In this document: one piece after another, positions 24,730-32,000 of the stretch
How positions within the stretch are numbered: the stretch's first letter is position 1
How the letters are laid out: the number at the start of each line of letters is the position of its first letter
From: Erysipelotrichaceae bacterium
GTDB lineage: Bacteria; Bacillota_I; Bacilli_A; Erysipelotrichales; Erysipelotrichaceae
Direction of reading: 5' to 3'
Length of the DNA stretch: 32,000 nt
Assembly: GCA_963676105.1 (NCBI GenBank)
Contig: OY781039.1
Coordinates: 390,001-422,000, forward strand
Program-made: the position numbers and the translations under genes
Notes under the pieces: generated by a model
What the model was told of the DNA's origin: nothing
Databases searched by the model: none
Seen by the model: only the letters and a program-made list of their open reading frames with translations

Positions 24730-25245
24730 ATGAACTTTAAAGATTATATTGCAAGCATAAAAGATTTTCCGATTGATGGAATTTTATTTAGAGATATTAC
24801 ACCGTTGATGTCTGATGGAGAAGCTTTCCATGCAGCGACTCAAGAAATTGTTGAATTCGCAAAAGAAGTTAAAGCAGAGGTCGTTGTTGGGCCTGAGTCT
24901 CGTGGTTTCATCTTTGGATGTCCTGTGGCTTATGATTTGAAAATTGGTTTTGTTCCAATTCGTAAACCTGGGAAACTACCACGTGAAACGGCAAGTTTCT
25001 CATATGATTTAGAATATGGTAAAAATGAACTACATGTCCATAGAGATGGGATTCTTCCGGGTCAAAAAGTCTTAATTGTTGATGACTTATTGGCAACAGG
25101 TGGTACGGTAGAAGCAACCATTAAGCTTGTCGAAGAGTTAGGTGGTATTGTTGTAGGATGTGCGTTCTTAATCGAATTAACTGGTCTTAATGGACGCAAG
25201 GTTTTAAAAGATTATCCAGTATTTACATTGATGGAATACGAATAA
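24730..25245 (+). CDS. apt: Adenine phosphoribosyltransferase
   Basis: PRPP-binding motif [16 protein letters not shown] 24730 is preferred, with SD GGAGA (24720-24) 5 nt upstream. ATG 24718 has no SD. Confidence 0.93.
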   Translation: MNFKDYIASIKDFPIDGILFRDITPLMSDGEAFHAATQEIVEFAKEVKAEVVVGPESRGFIFGCPVAYDLKIGFVPIRKPGKLPRETASFSYDLEYGKNELHVHRDGILPGQKVLIVDDLLATGGTVEATIKLVEELGGIVVGCAFLIELTGLNGRKVLKDYPVFTLMEYE

Positions 25246-25271
25246 ACCGAAAGTCAATTTCGGTTTATTTT
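25244..25271 (+). terminator. Rho-independent terminator of apt
   Basis: aaaccgaaa-gtcaa-tttcggttt: 9-bp stem, followed by atttt. Confidence 0.7.
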
Positions 25272-25284
25272 ATAAGGAAGGGTT

Positions 25285-27483
25285 ATGAGTGATAAAGTAC
25301 AAATTCTAAGCATTGAAGATGTTTTAGAACAAGCAAAGATGTACATTACTGAAAAAGAATCACTGGGTTTAATTCAGAGATCTTTTGACTATGCCAATAA
25401 ACACCACGAAGGACAAATGCGTAAGAGTGGTGAACCTTATATTAATCATTTACTTAATGTTGCGTATATTCTCGCAACTTTAAAAGTTGGGCCATCCACA
25501 ATTTCTGCGGGACTATTACACGATGTTATTGAAGATTGTGAAGTCAGTTTTGAAGAATTATCGAAAGAATTTGATCCTGAAATCGCGACAATTGTAGAAT
25601 CGGTTACTAAAATTGGGAATATCCAATTTAAAGACGAAAAAGAATATATGGCAACCAATCATCGTAAGATTTTTATTGCGATGGCTAAAGATATCCGTGT
25701 TATCCTAGTTAAACTTGTAGATCGACTTCATAATATGCGTACGCTTAAATACATGCGTGAAGATAAACAAAAGAAAATCTCTCGTGAAACACTTGAAGTC
25801 TATGCACCGATTGCCCATCGCTTAGGGATTAGTGAAATTAAGAATGAACTTGAAGATTTATCATTTTCATATCTTTATCCAGATAAATATTATGAAATTG
25901 CACAACTTGTTGAAATGCGAAAAGCTGAAAGAGATCGACAAGTTTCACTGATGATTTCTGAAATTACTGAAGTGCTTGATTCGCTTAAGATTAAACATCG
26001 TATATTTGGACGTTCTAAACACTTATATTCCATTTATAAGAAGATGACGACTAAAAATAAGCGATTCGATGAAATATTAGATCTCAATGCAATTCGTATT
26101 ATCACTGAAAACGAATTATCTTGTTATGAGATATTAGGACATATACATGCTAAGTATCGTCCAATTCCGGGTCGTTTAAAAGATTATATAGCGATGCCTA
26201 AAATGAATATGTATCAATCCTTACATACGACCATTATTGCAAATGAAGGCAATATTTTTGAAGTTCAAATTAGAACCGAGGAAATGGATGCGATTGCTGA
26301 AAAGGGGATTGCTGCCCATTATCGCTATAAAGAAGGTACTAAATACTCACATGAAAAGAGTCAAAAAGAAATTGAAGAAAAATTGACTTGGTTTAAGGAT
26401 TTTGAAAGTTTAACTCAAGAATCCAAAGATGCTGATGAATACATGGACATCTTAACGAATGATGTATTCGAAGCCAATGTTTATGTCATGTCGCCAAAAG
26501 GACGAGTCATTGATTTACCTAATGGCGCAACGCCACTTGATTTTGCTTATCGAATTCATACTGAAGTTGGACATAGTACTGTGGGCGCCATTGTTAATAA
26601 TGTGATGGTTCCCCTTAATACACAACTTAAAACAGGTGATGTGGTTAATATCAAAACATCTAAACAATCCAATGGTCCATCAGAAGACTGGTTAAAGATT
26701 GTTAAAACATCACACGCTAGAAGTAAAATTCGTACTTTCTTAAATGAAAAAGAAGCTGTCAACCGTAAAGAAATGGTTAATAAAGGTGAAGCTCAATTTA
26801 AAGAAGAACTTAAGAAGCGTGGTATTGATGAAAAAGAATTCTTTGCGAATAAACGTTTAGAATCATCTCTAAATCTTTTCGCTGTACGTAATATGGATGA
26901 CTTTTATCACGCGATTGCGGTAAAATCACTATCCGTTCCTGTTGTTTTTGAAAAGTTAAATATGCAAAAGAGAAGTCTTTTAGATGGGTTTAACTTAGAT
27001 CGCATATTTAGACCACAACCACAACGTAAGAGTGTTTCAAAATCAGGAATTACAGTAAACGGAATAGATGGCATGAAAATTGCCTTAGCGGGCTGTTGTT
27101 CACCTGTGCCTGGTGACGAAATAGTGGGTTATATTACTAAGGGTCAAGGGGTTAAAGTTCACCGCAAAGATTGCGTTAATATTAAAAATGAAACAAAACG
27201 ACTCATTGATGTTGAATGGGATGAATCATTACCTGAAGGGAAATATGAAGTAAAATTATTTATTTTGGCTCAAGATCGTTCTTATCTTGTTTCAGATATC
27301 GTCACAACAGTTTCACAATGTAAAGCACAACTAACACAAATCAATTCATCTGTGAATGAAGATAAAGTGACCGCAACAACTTATGTTTCTGTTCTAGTTA
27401 AAGATGCTGAACATTTAAATGTTGTCTTATCTAATCTAAAAAAAATACCACAAGTTTTTGAGGTTAGTCGTACACAAAGTTAA
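25285..27483 (+). CDS. relA: Bifunctional (p)ppGpp synthetase/hydrolase Rel (RSH long form)
   Basis: 732 aa with an HD hydrolase domain (HLLNVA...LLHDVIEDC), a synthetase domain (GRSKHLYSIYKKM...IRIIT), and TGS and ACT C-terminal domains. Confidence 0.96.
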   Translation: MSDKVQILSIEDVLEQAKMYITEKESLGLIQRSFDYANKHHEGQMRKSGEPYINHLLNVAYILATLKVGPSTISAGLLHDVIEDCEVSFEELSKEFDPEIATIVESVTKIGNIQFKDEKEYMATNHRKIFIAMAKDIRVILVKLVDRLHNMRTLKYMREDKQKKISRETLEVYAPIAHRLGISEIKNELEDLSFSYLYPDKYYEIAQLVEMRKAERDRQVSLMISEITEVLDSLKIKHRIFGRSKHLYSIYKKMTTKNKRFDEILDLNAIRIITENELSCYEILGHIHAKYRPIPGRLKDYIAMPKMNMYQSLHTTIIANEGNIFEVQIRTEEMDAIAEKGIAAHYRYKEGTKYSHEKSQKEIEEKLTWFKDFESLTQESKDADEYMDILTNDVFEANVYVMSPKGRVIDLPNGATPLDFAYRIHTEVGHSTVGAIVNNVMVPLNTQLKTGDVVNIKTSKQSNGPSEDWLKIVKTSHARSKIRTFLNEKEAVNRKEMVNKGEAQFKEELKKRGIDEKEFFANKRLESSLNLFAVRNMDDFYHAIAVKSLSVPVVFEKLNMQKRSLLDGFNLDRIFRPQPQRKSVSKSGITVNGIDGMKIALAGCCSPVPGDEIVGYITKGQGVKVHRKDCVNIKNETKRLIDVEWDESLPEGKYEVKLFILAQDRSYLVSDIVTTVSQCKAQLTQINSSVNEDKVTATTYVSVLVKDAEHLNVVLSNLKKIPQVFEVSRTQS

Positions 27484-27500
27484 TCCTTTGTGTTATTATT
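27472..27500 (+). terminator. Candidate terminator of rel
   Basis: acacaaag-ttaatc-ctttgtgt: 8-bp stem spanning the stop codon, followed by tattatt, an interrupted T-tract. Confidence 0.5.
27491..27499 (+). promoter_or_regulatory. Extended -10 promoter (TGtTATTAT) for the hisS-aspS leader
   Basis: TG 27491-92 and TATTAT 27494-99. Predicted +1 is near A27506, just 5' of the Stem I base (ccgatgcgttgg). Confidence 0.45.
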
Positions 27501-27505
27501 CTTGC

Positions 27506-27715
27506 ATATCCGATGCGTTGGACAAGTTTTATCAAACTTAATTATTCTAGAGAGAAACTGCAGTGCTGAAAAGTTTCATAATTAACTGATAAATAGACAG
27601 CCAACAAGGACTCTTATGAGCGCTCATCCCGTTAAGATGCTTAAGCGTGCGTATATCTATACGCAAATTAAGGTGGCACCACGCTAACAAGCGTCCTTAA
27701 ATAGGGCGTTTTTTT
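27506..27715 (+). promoter_or_regulatory. T-box riboswitch leader of hisS-aspS; specifier apparently GAC (Asp), not His
   Basis: Stem I: gttgg(27517-21)/ccaac(27601-05), tttatc/gataaa, ttaattat/ataattaa, AG bulge agagag, distal hairpin gaaact-gcagtgctgaaa-agtttc. The specifier-loop 3' side is uaGACAg (GAC 27596-98). Antiterminator: AAGG-UGGCACC(27674-80)-ACGC-uaacaa-GCGU-CCUU. Terminator plus T7 extends to 27715. Confidence 0.85.
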
Positions 27716-27737
27716 ATTTAAAAGGAGATTTTAAAAA

Positions 27738-29054
27738 ATGGCAAATTATCAAGTCCCAAGAGGAACCCAAGATGTCTATGGAGAAGATATCAAAAAATGG
27801 CACAAAATTGAACAACTCATTCGCGAAATAACAACTGTTTATGGTTATGATGAAATTCGTACACCAGAGTTTGAACACACAGAAGTTTTTGCGCGTGATA
27901 ACGATTCAAGTGATGTGGTAAACAAAGAAATGTATACCTTTAGTGATCGTGGTGATCGCTCATTGACACTAAAACCAGAAGGTACGGCAGGGATTATACG
28001 TGCATTTGTTGAACATAAACTCTATGCATTACCTGATATGCCTTTGAAATACTACTACATCAGTCCAGCTTTTAGATATGAAAGACCACAAAAGGGAAGA
28101 ATGAGAATTCACCATCAATTTGGGGTTGAAGTTATGGGTGAAAAATCACCTTATATCGATGCTGAAGTTATTGGTTTAGGTTTAACCTTTGTACGCACCT
28201 TAGGTTTATCAAATCTTAAAGTATTAATTAATACCTTAGGTGATGCTGAATCAAGAGCCAATTATCGTGAAAAGATGAAAGCTCACTTTAAACCACATAT
28301 TCATGAATTTTGTGGTGATTGTCAAAGACGTTATGAACAAAATCCATTACGTATTCTAGATTGTAAAGTTGATCAAGATAAACAAGCAATGGTAGATGCC
28401 CCAAAACTTTATGATAGTTTAAATCAAGAATCAAAAGATTACTTTGATTCGGTTATTAAGATTCTTAAAGATTCAGGTGTTGAAGTTGAAATTTCTGATC
28501 GTTTAGTTCGTGGTTTTGACTACTATACCCATACTGTTTTTGAAATTGTTTCTGAATCAGAAGGTATGGGTTCACAATCAACCATCTTTGGTGGTGGTCG
28601 CTATGACAACTTAGTTAAAGACTTAGGTGGTCCTGAACTATCAGGTATCGGCTTTGGTATGGGAATTGAAAGACTATTGGTTGGATTAGAAGCAGAAGGA
28701 ATTAATCTTGTTGAAGAAGATGGTCTTGATGTATATTGTGTCAGCTTAGATGAAATGGCGCATGATTACGCGTATCATCTTACTCAAGTTTTACGTTTAA
28801 ATGGGTATAAAACAGATTACGATATCTATCAAAGATCATTCAAAGCTCAATTTAAAACGGTTGATCGTAAAAAAGCAAAAGTAGCGATTTTATTAGGTCA
28901 AGATGAATTAAAAAACAATCAATTGATTCTTAAAAATCAAGTAACAAGTGAGCAAATTACGATTAAAGAAGATGAACTAATGCACCAACTAGATCATTGG
29001 TTAAATGAAGATCATGTTTGTGATCATGATCATGGAGGACATTCACATGAATAG
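27738..29054 (+). CDS. hisS: Histidyl-tRNA synthetase with His/Cys-rich C-terminal tail
   Basis: Class II motifs (RPEGTA-like LKPEGTAGIIRAF, FRYERPQKGR, GGGRYDNL). The terminal sequence is ...NEDHVCDHDHGGHSHE*. Confidence 0.96.
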   Translation: MANYQVPRGTQDVYGEDIKKWHKIEQLIREITTVYGYDEIRTPEFEHTEVFARDNDSSDVVNKEMYTFSDRGDRSLTLKPEGTAGIIRAFVEHKLYALPDMPLKYYYISPAFRYERPQKGRMRIHHQFGVEVMGEKSPYIDAEVIGLGLTFVRTLGLSNLKVLINTLGDAESRANYREKMKAHFKPHIHEFCGDCQRRYEQNPLRILDCKVDQDKQAMVDAPKLYDSLNQESKDYFDSVIKILKDSGVEVEISDRLVRGFDYYTHTVFEIVSESEGMGSQSTIFGGGRYDNLVKDLGGPELSGIGFGMGIERLLVGLEAEGINLVEEDGLDVYCVSLDEMAHDYAYHLTQVLRLNGYKTDYDIYQRSFKAQFKTVDRKKAKVAILLGQDELKNNQLILKNQVTSEQITIKEDELMHQLDHWLNEDHVCDHDHGGHSHE

Positions 29055-30789
29055 AACACATAACTGTGGCGAGCTTAGAGAAGCACATATCAATCAAGAG
29101 GTAACACTTTTAGGTTGGGTCGCAAAAAGACGTAACTTTGGATCAATCGTTTTTATTGATTTGAGAGATCGTTATGGCATTACCCAAGTGGTGGCTGACG
29201 AAGAAATGTCAAAATCAATTAAAGATTTAAGATCTGAGTTTTTAATAGAAGTAAAAGGGACTGTCCAAAAAAGAAAAGATGCGAATGAAAAATTGGCAAC
29301 AGGTCAAATAGAAGTCATTGCGAGTGATGTTAAAATCATTAATCGTGCTGAACTACCACCTATTCTTGTCCAAGACGACACAGATGCATTAGAAGATACA
29401 CGATTAAAATATCGCTACTTAGATTTACGTCGTCCTGTAATGCAGGAAAAGCTAATTAAACGCGCTAAAATTGTACAAAGTATTCGAAATTACTTAGATT
29501 CAAATGAATTCATTGATATTGAAACACCAATGTTGACAAAATCAACACCTGAAGGATCACGTGAGTACTTAGTTCCTTCACGTGTTCATCCGGGTGAATT
29601 CTATGCTTTAGCGCAATCACCACAAATTTTTAAACAAATGTTGATGGTGGCAGGTTTAGAGCGTTATTATCAAATTGCTCGTTGTTTTAGAGATGAAGAT
29701 TTAAGAGCGGATCGTCAATTAGACTTTACCCAAGTTGATATTGAAACATCCTTTTTATCACAAGATGAATTCTTAAGTATGATGGAAGCAATGATTGTTA
29801 AAGTTATGGATGAAGTATTAGGACTAGAGGTTCAAACACCATTCTTACGTTTAACCTATAAAGAAGCGATGAATCGTTATGGTAGTGATAAACCAGATAA
29901 TCGTTTTGGCTTAGAACTAACGGATATTACCGACATTTTCACTCAATCTGAATTTAAAGTATTTCAATCTGTTTATGACATTAAAGACGGGGCGATTAAG
30001 GCGCTAGTACTCAATGATGGAGCTAATTTCACCCGTAAACAAAGTGATGCGTTAATTGATTTAGCAAAGAAAAATGGTGCAAAAGGGATGGTTGTCCTTA
30101 AATATCTTAATGGCCAAATTGAAGGTTCAGCTGCAAAATTCTTGTCTGAAACTGAATCAGGACAATTAGTTGATAAGTTAATATTAAAAGATAATGATTT
30201 AATCTGTATTACAGCAGATCAATGGGAAGTAGCCGCAAATGCATTAGGTGCGGTTCGTTTAAATCTAAGAGATCAATTAAACTTAACATCTAAAGCTGAT
30301 TTCTCGTATTTATGGGTAACAGATTTCCCAATGTTTGAATACGATGATAAAGAAGATCGTTATGTTGCGAAACATCATCCGTTTACTCGTCCGAAAGATG
30401 AAGATGTGCATTTACTTAAAACTGACCCTACAAAAGCACTGTCTTATGGCTATGATATTGTTTTAAATGGTTATGAAATTGGTGGAGGGTCACTTCGTAT
30501 TTATGACTCAGAAGTTCAAAAACAAATCTTTGAAATTATTGGCTTTACTGATGAAGAAATTGAAAAGCGTTTTGGTTTCTTTATTGATGCCTTTAAATAT
30601 GGAACGCCTCCACATGGTGGTATTGCCTTAGGCTTAGATCGTTTCGCGATGGTATTAACTCAAAGTGATAGTTTAAGGGATGTTATTGCCTTCCCTAAAA
30701 ACGCTAGCGCAAGATGTCCATTAACGGATGCACCGACAGCGGTTGTTGATAAACAACTAGATGAGCTAAAAATTAGCATAAAAGGCTAG
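29047..30789 (+). CDS. aspS: Aspartyl-tRNA synthetase
   Basis: Start moved to ATG 29047 (MNRTHNCGELR..., a typical AspRS N-terminus) with SD ggagga at 29034-39. It overlaps the hisS end by 8 nt. Motifs present: FRDEDLRADRQ, GGGSLRI, GIALGLDR. Confidence 0.96.
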   Translation: MNRTHNCGELREAHINQEVTLLGWVAKRRNFGSIVFIDLRDRYGITQVVADEEMSKSIKDLRSEFLIEVKGTVQKRKDANEKLATGQIEVIASDVKIINRAELPPILVQDDTDALEDTRLKYRYLDLRRPVMQEKLIKRAKIVQSIRNYLDSNEFIDIETPMLTKSTPEGSREYLVPSRVHPGEFYALAQSPQIFKQMLMVAGLERYYQIARCFRDEDLRADRQLDFTQVDIETSFLSQDEFLSMMEAMIVKVMDEVLGLEVQTPFLRLTYKEAMNRYGSDKPDNRFGLELTDITDIFTQSEFKVFQSVYDIKDGAIKALVLNDGANFTRKQSDALIDLAKKNGAKGMVVLKYLNGQIEGSAAKFLSETESGQLVDKLILKDNDLICITADQWEVAANALGAVRLNLRDQLNLTSKADFSYLWVTDFPMFEYDDKEDRYVAKHHPFTRPKDEDVHLLKTDPTKALSYGYDIVLNGYEIGGGSLRIYDSEVQKQIFEIIGFTDEEIEKRFGFFIDAFKYGTPPHGGIALGLDRFAMVLTQSDSLRDVIAFPKNASARCPLTDAPTAVVDKQLDELKISIKG

Positions 30790-30797
30790 TTTTGGTT

Positions 30798-30803
30798 TAT
30801 AAT
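30798..30803 (+). promoter_or_regulatory. -10 hexamer TATAAT of the sRNA downstream of aspS
   Basis: TATAAT 30798-803. After 6 nt (aaaagt) comes A30810, which is the first base of the 10-bp closing helix. Confidence 0.5.
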
Positions 30804-30809
30804 AAAAGT

Positions 30810-30988
30810 ACCCAAAAGGAAAACTTATTTCCGACATATTGATATACGGGAGATTAGACGTTAACGTTTTGTGTGAAAGCCCAATTTAATTGGGAATCCT
30901 AATATTCGTTGCAGATCACCCACCTGGTAACAGGGAACATATCACCTTTTGGGTCACTTTAATTTACCCGAGAAAATCGGGTTTTTAT
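30810..30988 (+). ncRNA. ssrS: Structured ~180-nt RNA, probable 6S RNA (SsrS/BsrA-like); alternative: cis-leader of the downstream ABC exporter
   Basis: Perfect 10-bp closing helix acccaaaagg(30810-19)/ccttttgggt(30945-54). Further helix tgatat(30840-45)/atatca(30939-44). Asymmetric internal loop with a small 3'-side hairpin cctg-gtaa-cagg (30923-34). Irregular inner stem gggagatt/gatcaccc. Apical hairpin cccaat-tta-attggg (30880-94). It has its own -10 and terminator. In B. subtilis the 6S-1 gene bsrA lies in the aspS-yrvM intergenic region. Confidence 0.55.
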
Positions 30989-30990
30989 TT
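30966..30990 (+). terminator. Rho-independent terminator at the 3' end of the sRNA/leader
   Basis: acccga-gaaaa-tcgggt: 6-bp stem, followed by ttttt. Confidence 0.7.
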
Positions 30991-30996
30991 AAAATT

Positions 30997-32000
30997 ATGT
31001 TAATTAAAAGATTCTTAAAATTTTACAAACCCTATAAACACTTATTCGCATTAGATATTATTTCTGCGATTTTTATTGCAGGCTTAGATCTAATTTTACC
31101 AAGATTCACTAATTTCATGATATCTGATATCTTGCCAAGTAAAAATCTTGAACTACTTGTTCATTGGATACTCATATTAATTGGCTTTTTTACAATGCGT
31201 GTCATATTAGAATATGTTGTGGATTATTGGGGACATGTTTTAGGCTTGCGTATGGAATATGATATGCGTACACAACTCTATGAACATATGCAAAGACTAC
31301 CCATTCAATTTTATGATAATTCTAAAACAGGACGATTAATGTCTCGTTTAGTCAATGATTTGTTTGAAATATCTGAGTTGGCTCATCATGGACCAGAAGA
31401 CTTTTTAATTTCACTGATGTTGGTGTTTGGGTCACTATTCTTAATGTTTCAAACCTTTGCGCCTTTAGCTTTTATTATGTTATTTCTAGTGCCTCTAATG
31501 ATTTATGTCGGGGTAAGTAAGAATATTAAATTTAGAAAAGTTCAAAGAATTGTTAGACAAAGATTAGCGGATGTTAACGCAAAAGCAGAAAACAGTATTT
31601 CGGGCATAAGAGTTGTCAAAGCTTTTCATGCTGAAGCATATGAAGCGATGCGCTTTAATGAAGGTTCAATTGATTTTTCAAATTCTCGTCAAAAATCAGT
31701 TAAAGTTATGGCTGAATTTGCGGTTAGCGTAAAATTCTTTGTTTCGCTAATAACGGTTGCTGTCTTATTTTTTGGAGGCTACTTTGTTATTGAGGGTCAA
31801 ATGAGTATTGGTGCGCTTATTGAATTCTTGTTATATGTTCAACTCTATCAACAACCAATATCAAAAATTTCAGCATTAATTATGATGTATAACCAAGCTA
31901 TCACAGGGTTTGAACGTTTTACCGAAATTATTGATATGCCAATTCAATCGGATCATGATCAAGCACAAAATGTAGAAATTAAAGATGCACATTTGAGTTT
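30997..32000 (+). CDS. ABC transporter, fused permease/ATP-binding exporter type (MsbA/YheI-like); 3' end outside window
   Basis: Open frame from ATG 30997 to the window end. It is absent from the ORF track because no stop is reached. Translation: MLIKRFLKFYKPYKHLFALDIISAIFIAGLDLILP...FYDNSKTGRLMSRLVNDL...AENSISGIRVVKAFHAE..., the typical type-I exporter TMD. No SD is present, and the ATG lies ~10 nt after the terminator T-tract. Confidence 0.85.
   Translation, partial: MLIKRFLKFYKPYKHLFALDIISAIFIAGLDLILPRFTNFMISDILPSKNLELLVHWILILIGFFTMRVILEYVVDYWGHVLGLRMEYDMRTQLYEHMQRLPIQFYDNSKTGRLMSRLVNDLFEISELAHHGPEDFLISLMLVFGSLFLMFQTFAPLAFIMLFLVPLMIYVGVSKNIKFRKVQRIVRQRLADVNAKAENSISGIRVVKAFHAEAYEAMRFNEGSIDFSNSRQKSVKVMAEFAVSVKFFVSLITVAVLFFGGYFVIEGQMSIGALIEFLLYVQLYQQPISKISALIMMYNQAITGFERFTEIIDMPIQSDHDQAQNVEIKDAHLS

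Noticed and set aside
27596-27600. Reading the hisS-aspS T-box specifier in the strict canonical register as ACA (Thr), or as overlapping CAG (Gln)
   Set aside because: A Thr or Gln signal makes no sense for a hisS-aspS operon. The UGGC bulge also predicts a G73 discriminator, which fits tRNA-Asp and not the tRNA-Thr sequences I know. It is kept only as a caveat in the finding.
29005-29046. N-terminal extension of aspS (MKIMFVIMIMEDIH...)
   Set aside because: It lies inside the hisS 3' end in another frame. ATG 29047 has SD GGAGGA at 7-nt spacing and yields the canonical MNRTHNCGELR AspRS start.
30810-30990. Assignment of the aspS-downstream RNA to a known riboswitch class (c-di-GMP-I/II, c-di-AMP ydaO, guanidine-I/II/III, ZTP, Mn2+, fluoride) or to SRP RNA, RNase P RNA or tmRNA
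   Set aside because: I could not find the signature conserved blocks of any of these classes in the correct order. Isolated short matches such as acgggaga and gaatcc are not arranged as in ykkC or ydaO. The size and rod-like fold also do not fit SRP, RNase P or tmRNA.
1-32000. Search for a defence island, toxin-antitoxin pair, CRISPR array, prophage or transposon remnant, or a biosynthetic cluster
   Set aside because: Every ORF above ~100 aa has a confident housekeeping or generic enzyme assignment. All intergenic regions are accounted for by promoters, terminators, T-boxes or the sRNA. No direct-repeat arrays, integrase or transposase genes, or compositional breaks are visible.

Overview
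AT-rich (about one-third G+C by eye) chromosomal segment from a low-GC Gram-positive bacterium (Bacillota). It uses the standard code: TGG encodes Trp and TGA serves as a stop. The window is almost entirely core housekeeping. Its blocks are individually syntenic with Bacillus subtilis: hpf | sepF-divIVA-(T-box)-ileS | ysgA-like methyltransferase-(T-box)-pheST | yebC | GGDEF cyclase | tmcAL(ylbM)...yceD(ylbN)-rpmF | mraZ-rsmH-ftsL-pbp2B-mraY-murD | comN-like-secDF-recJ-apt-rel-(T-box)-hisS-aspS | structured sRNA | ABC exporter (3' end outside the window). By eye I found no transposase, integrase, phage gene, CRISPR array, tRNA or rRNA gene, and no defence-island-like gene cluster. I therefore cannot support a claim of a novel multi-gene system here. 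The interesting signals are at the RNA and regulatory level: (1) an independently promoted and terminated ~180-nt rod-like RNA just downstream of aspS, probably 6S RNA, or alternatively a leader of the ABC exporter; (2) three T-box leaders, of which the hisS-aspS one appears tuned to tRNA-Asp rather than tRNA-His, and the ileS one has Stem I inside the divIVA coding sequence; (3) three genes whose ATG lies exactly 6 nt after an extended -10 element with no Shine-Dalgarno, suggesting leaderless mRNAs; (4) a four-unit, 10-bp-periodic GTGG array (MraZ boxes) between the mraZ -10 and its start codon; (5) a His/Cys-rich tail on HisRS that overlaps the aspS RBS and start. Several ORF-track starts were moved to better-supported internal start codons.
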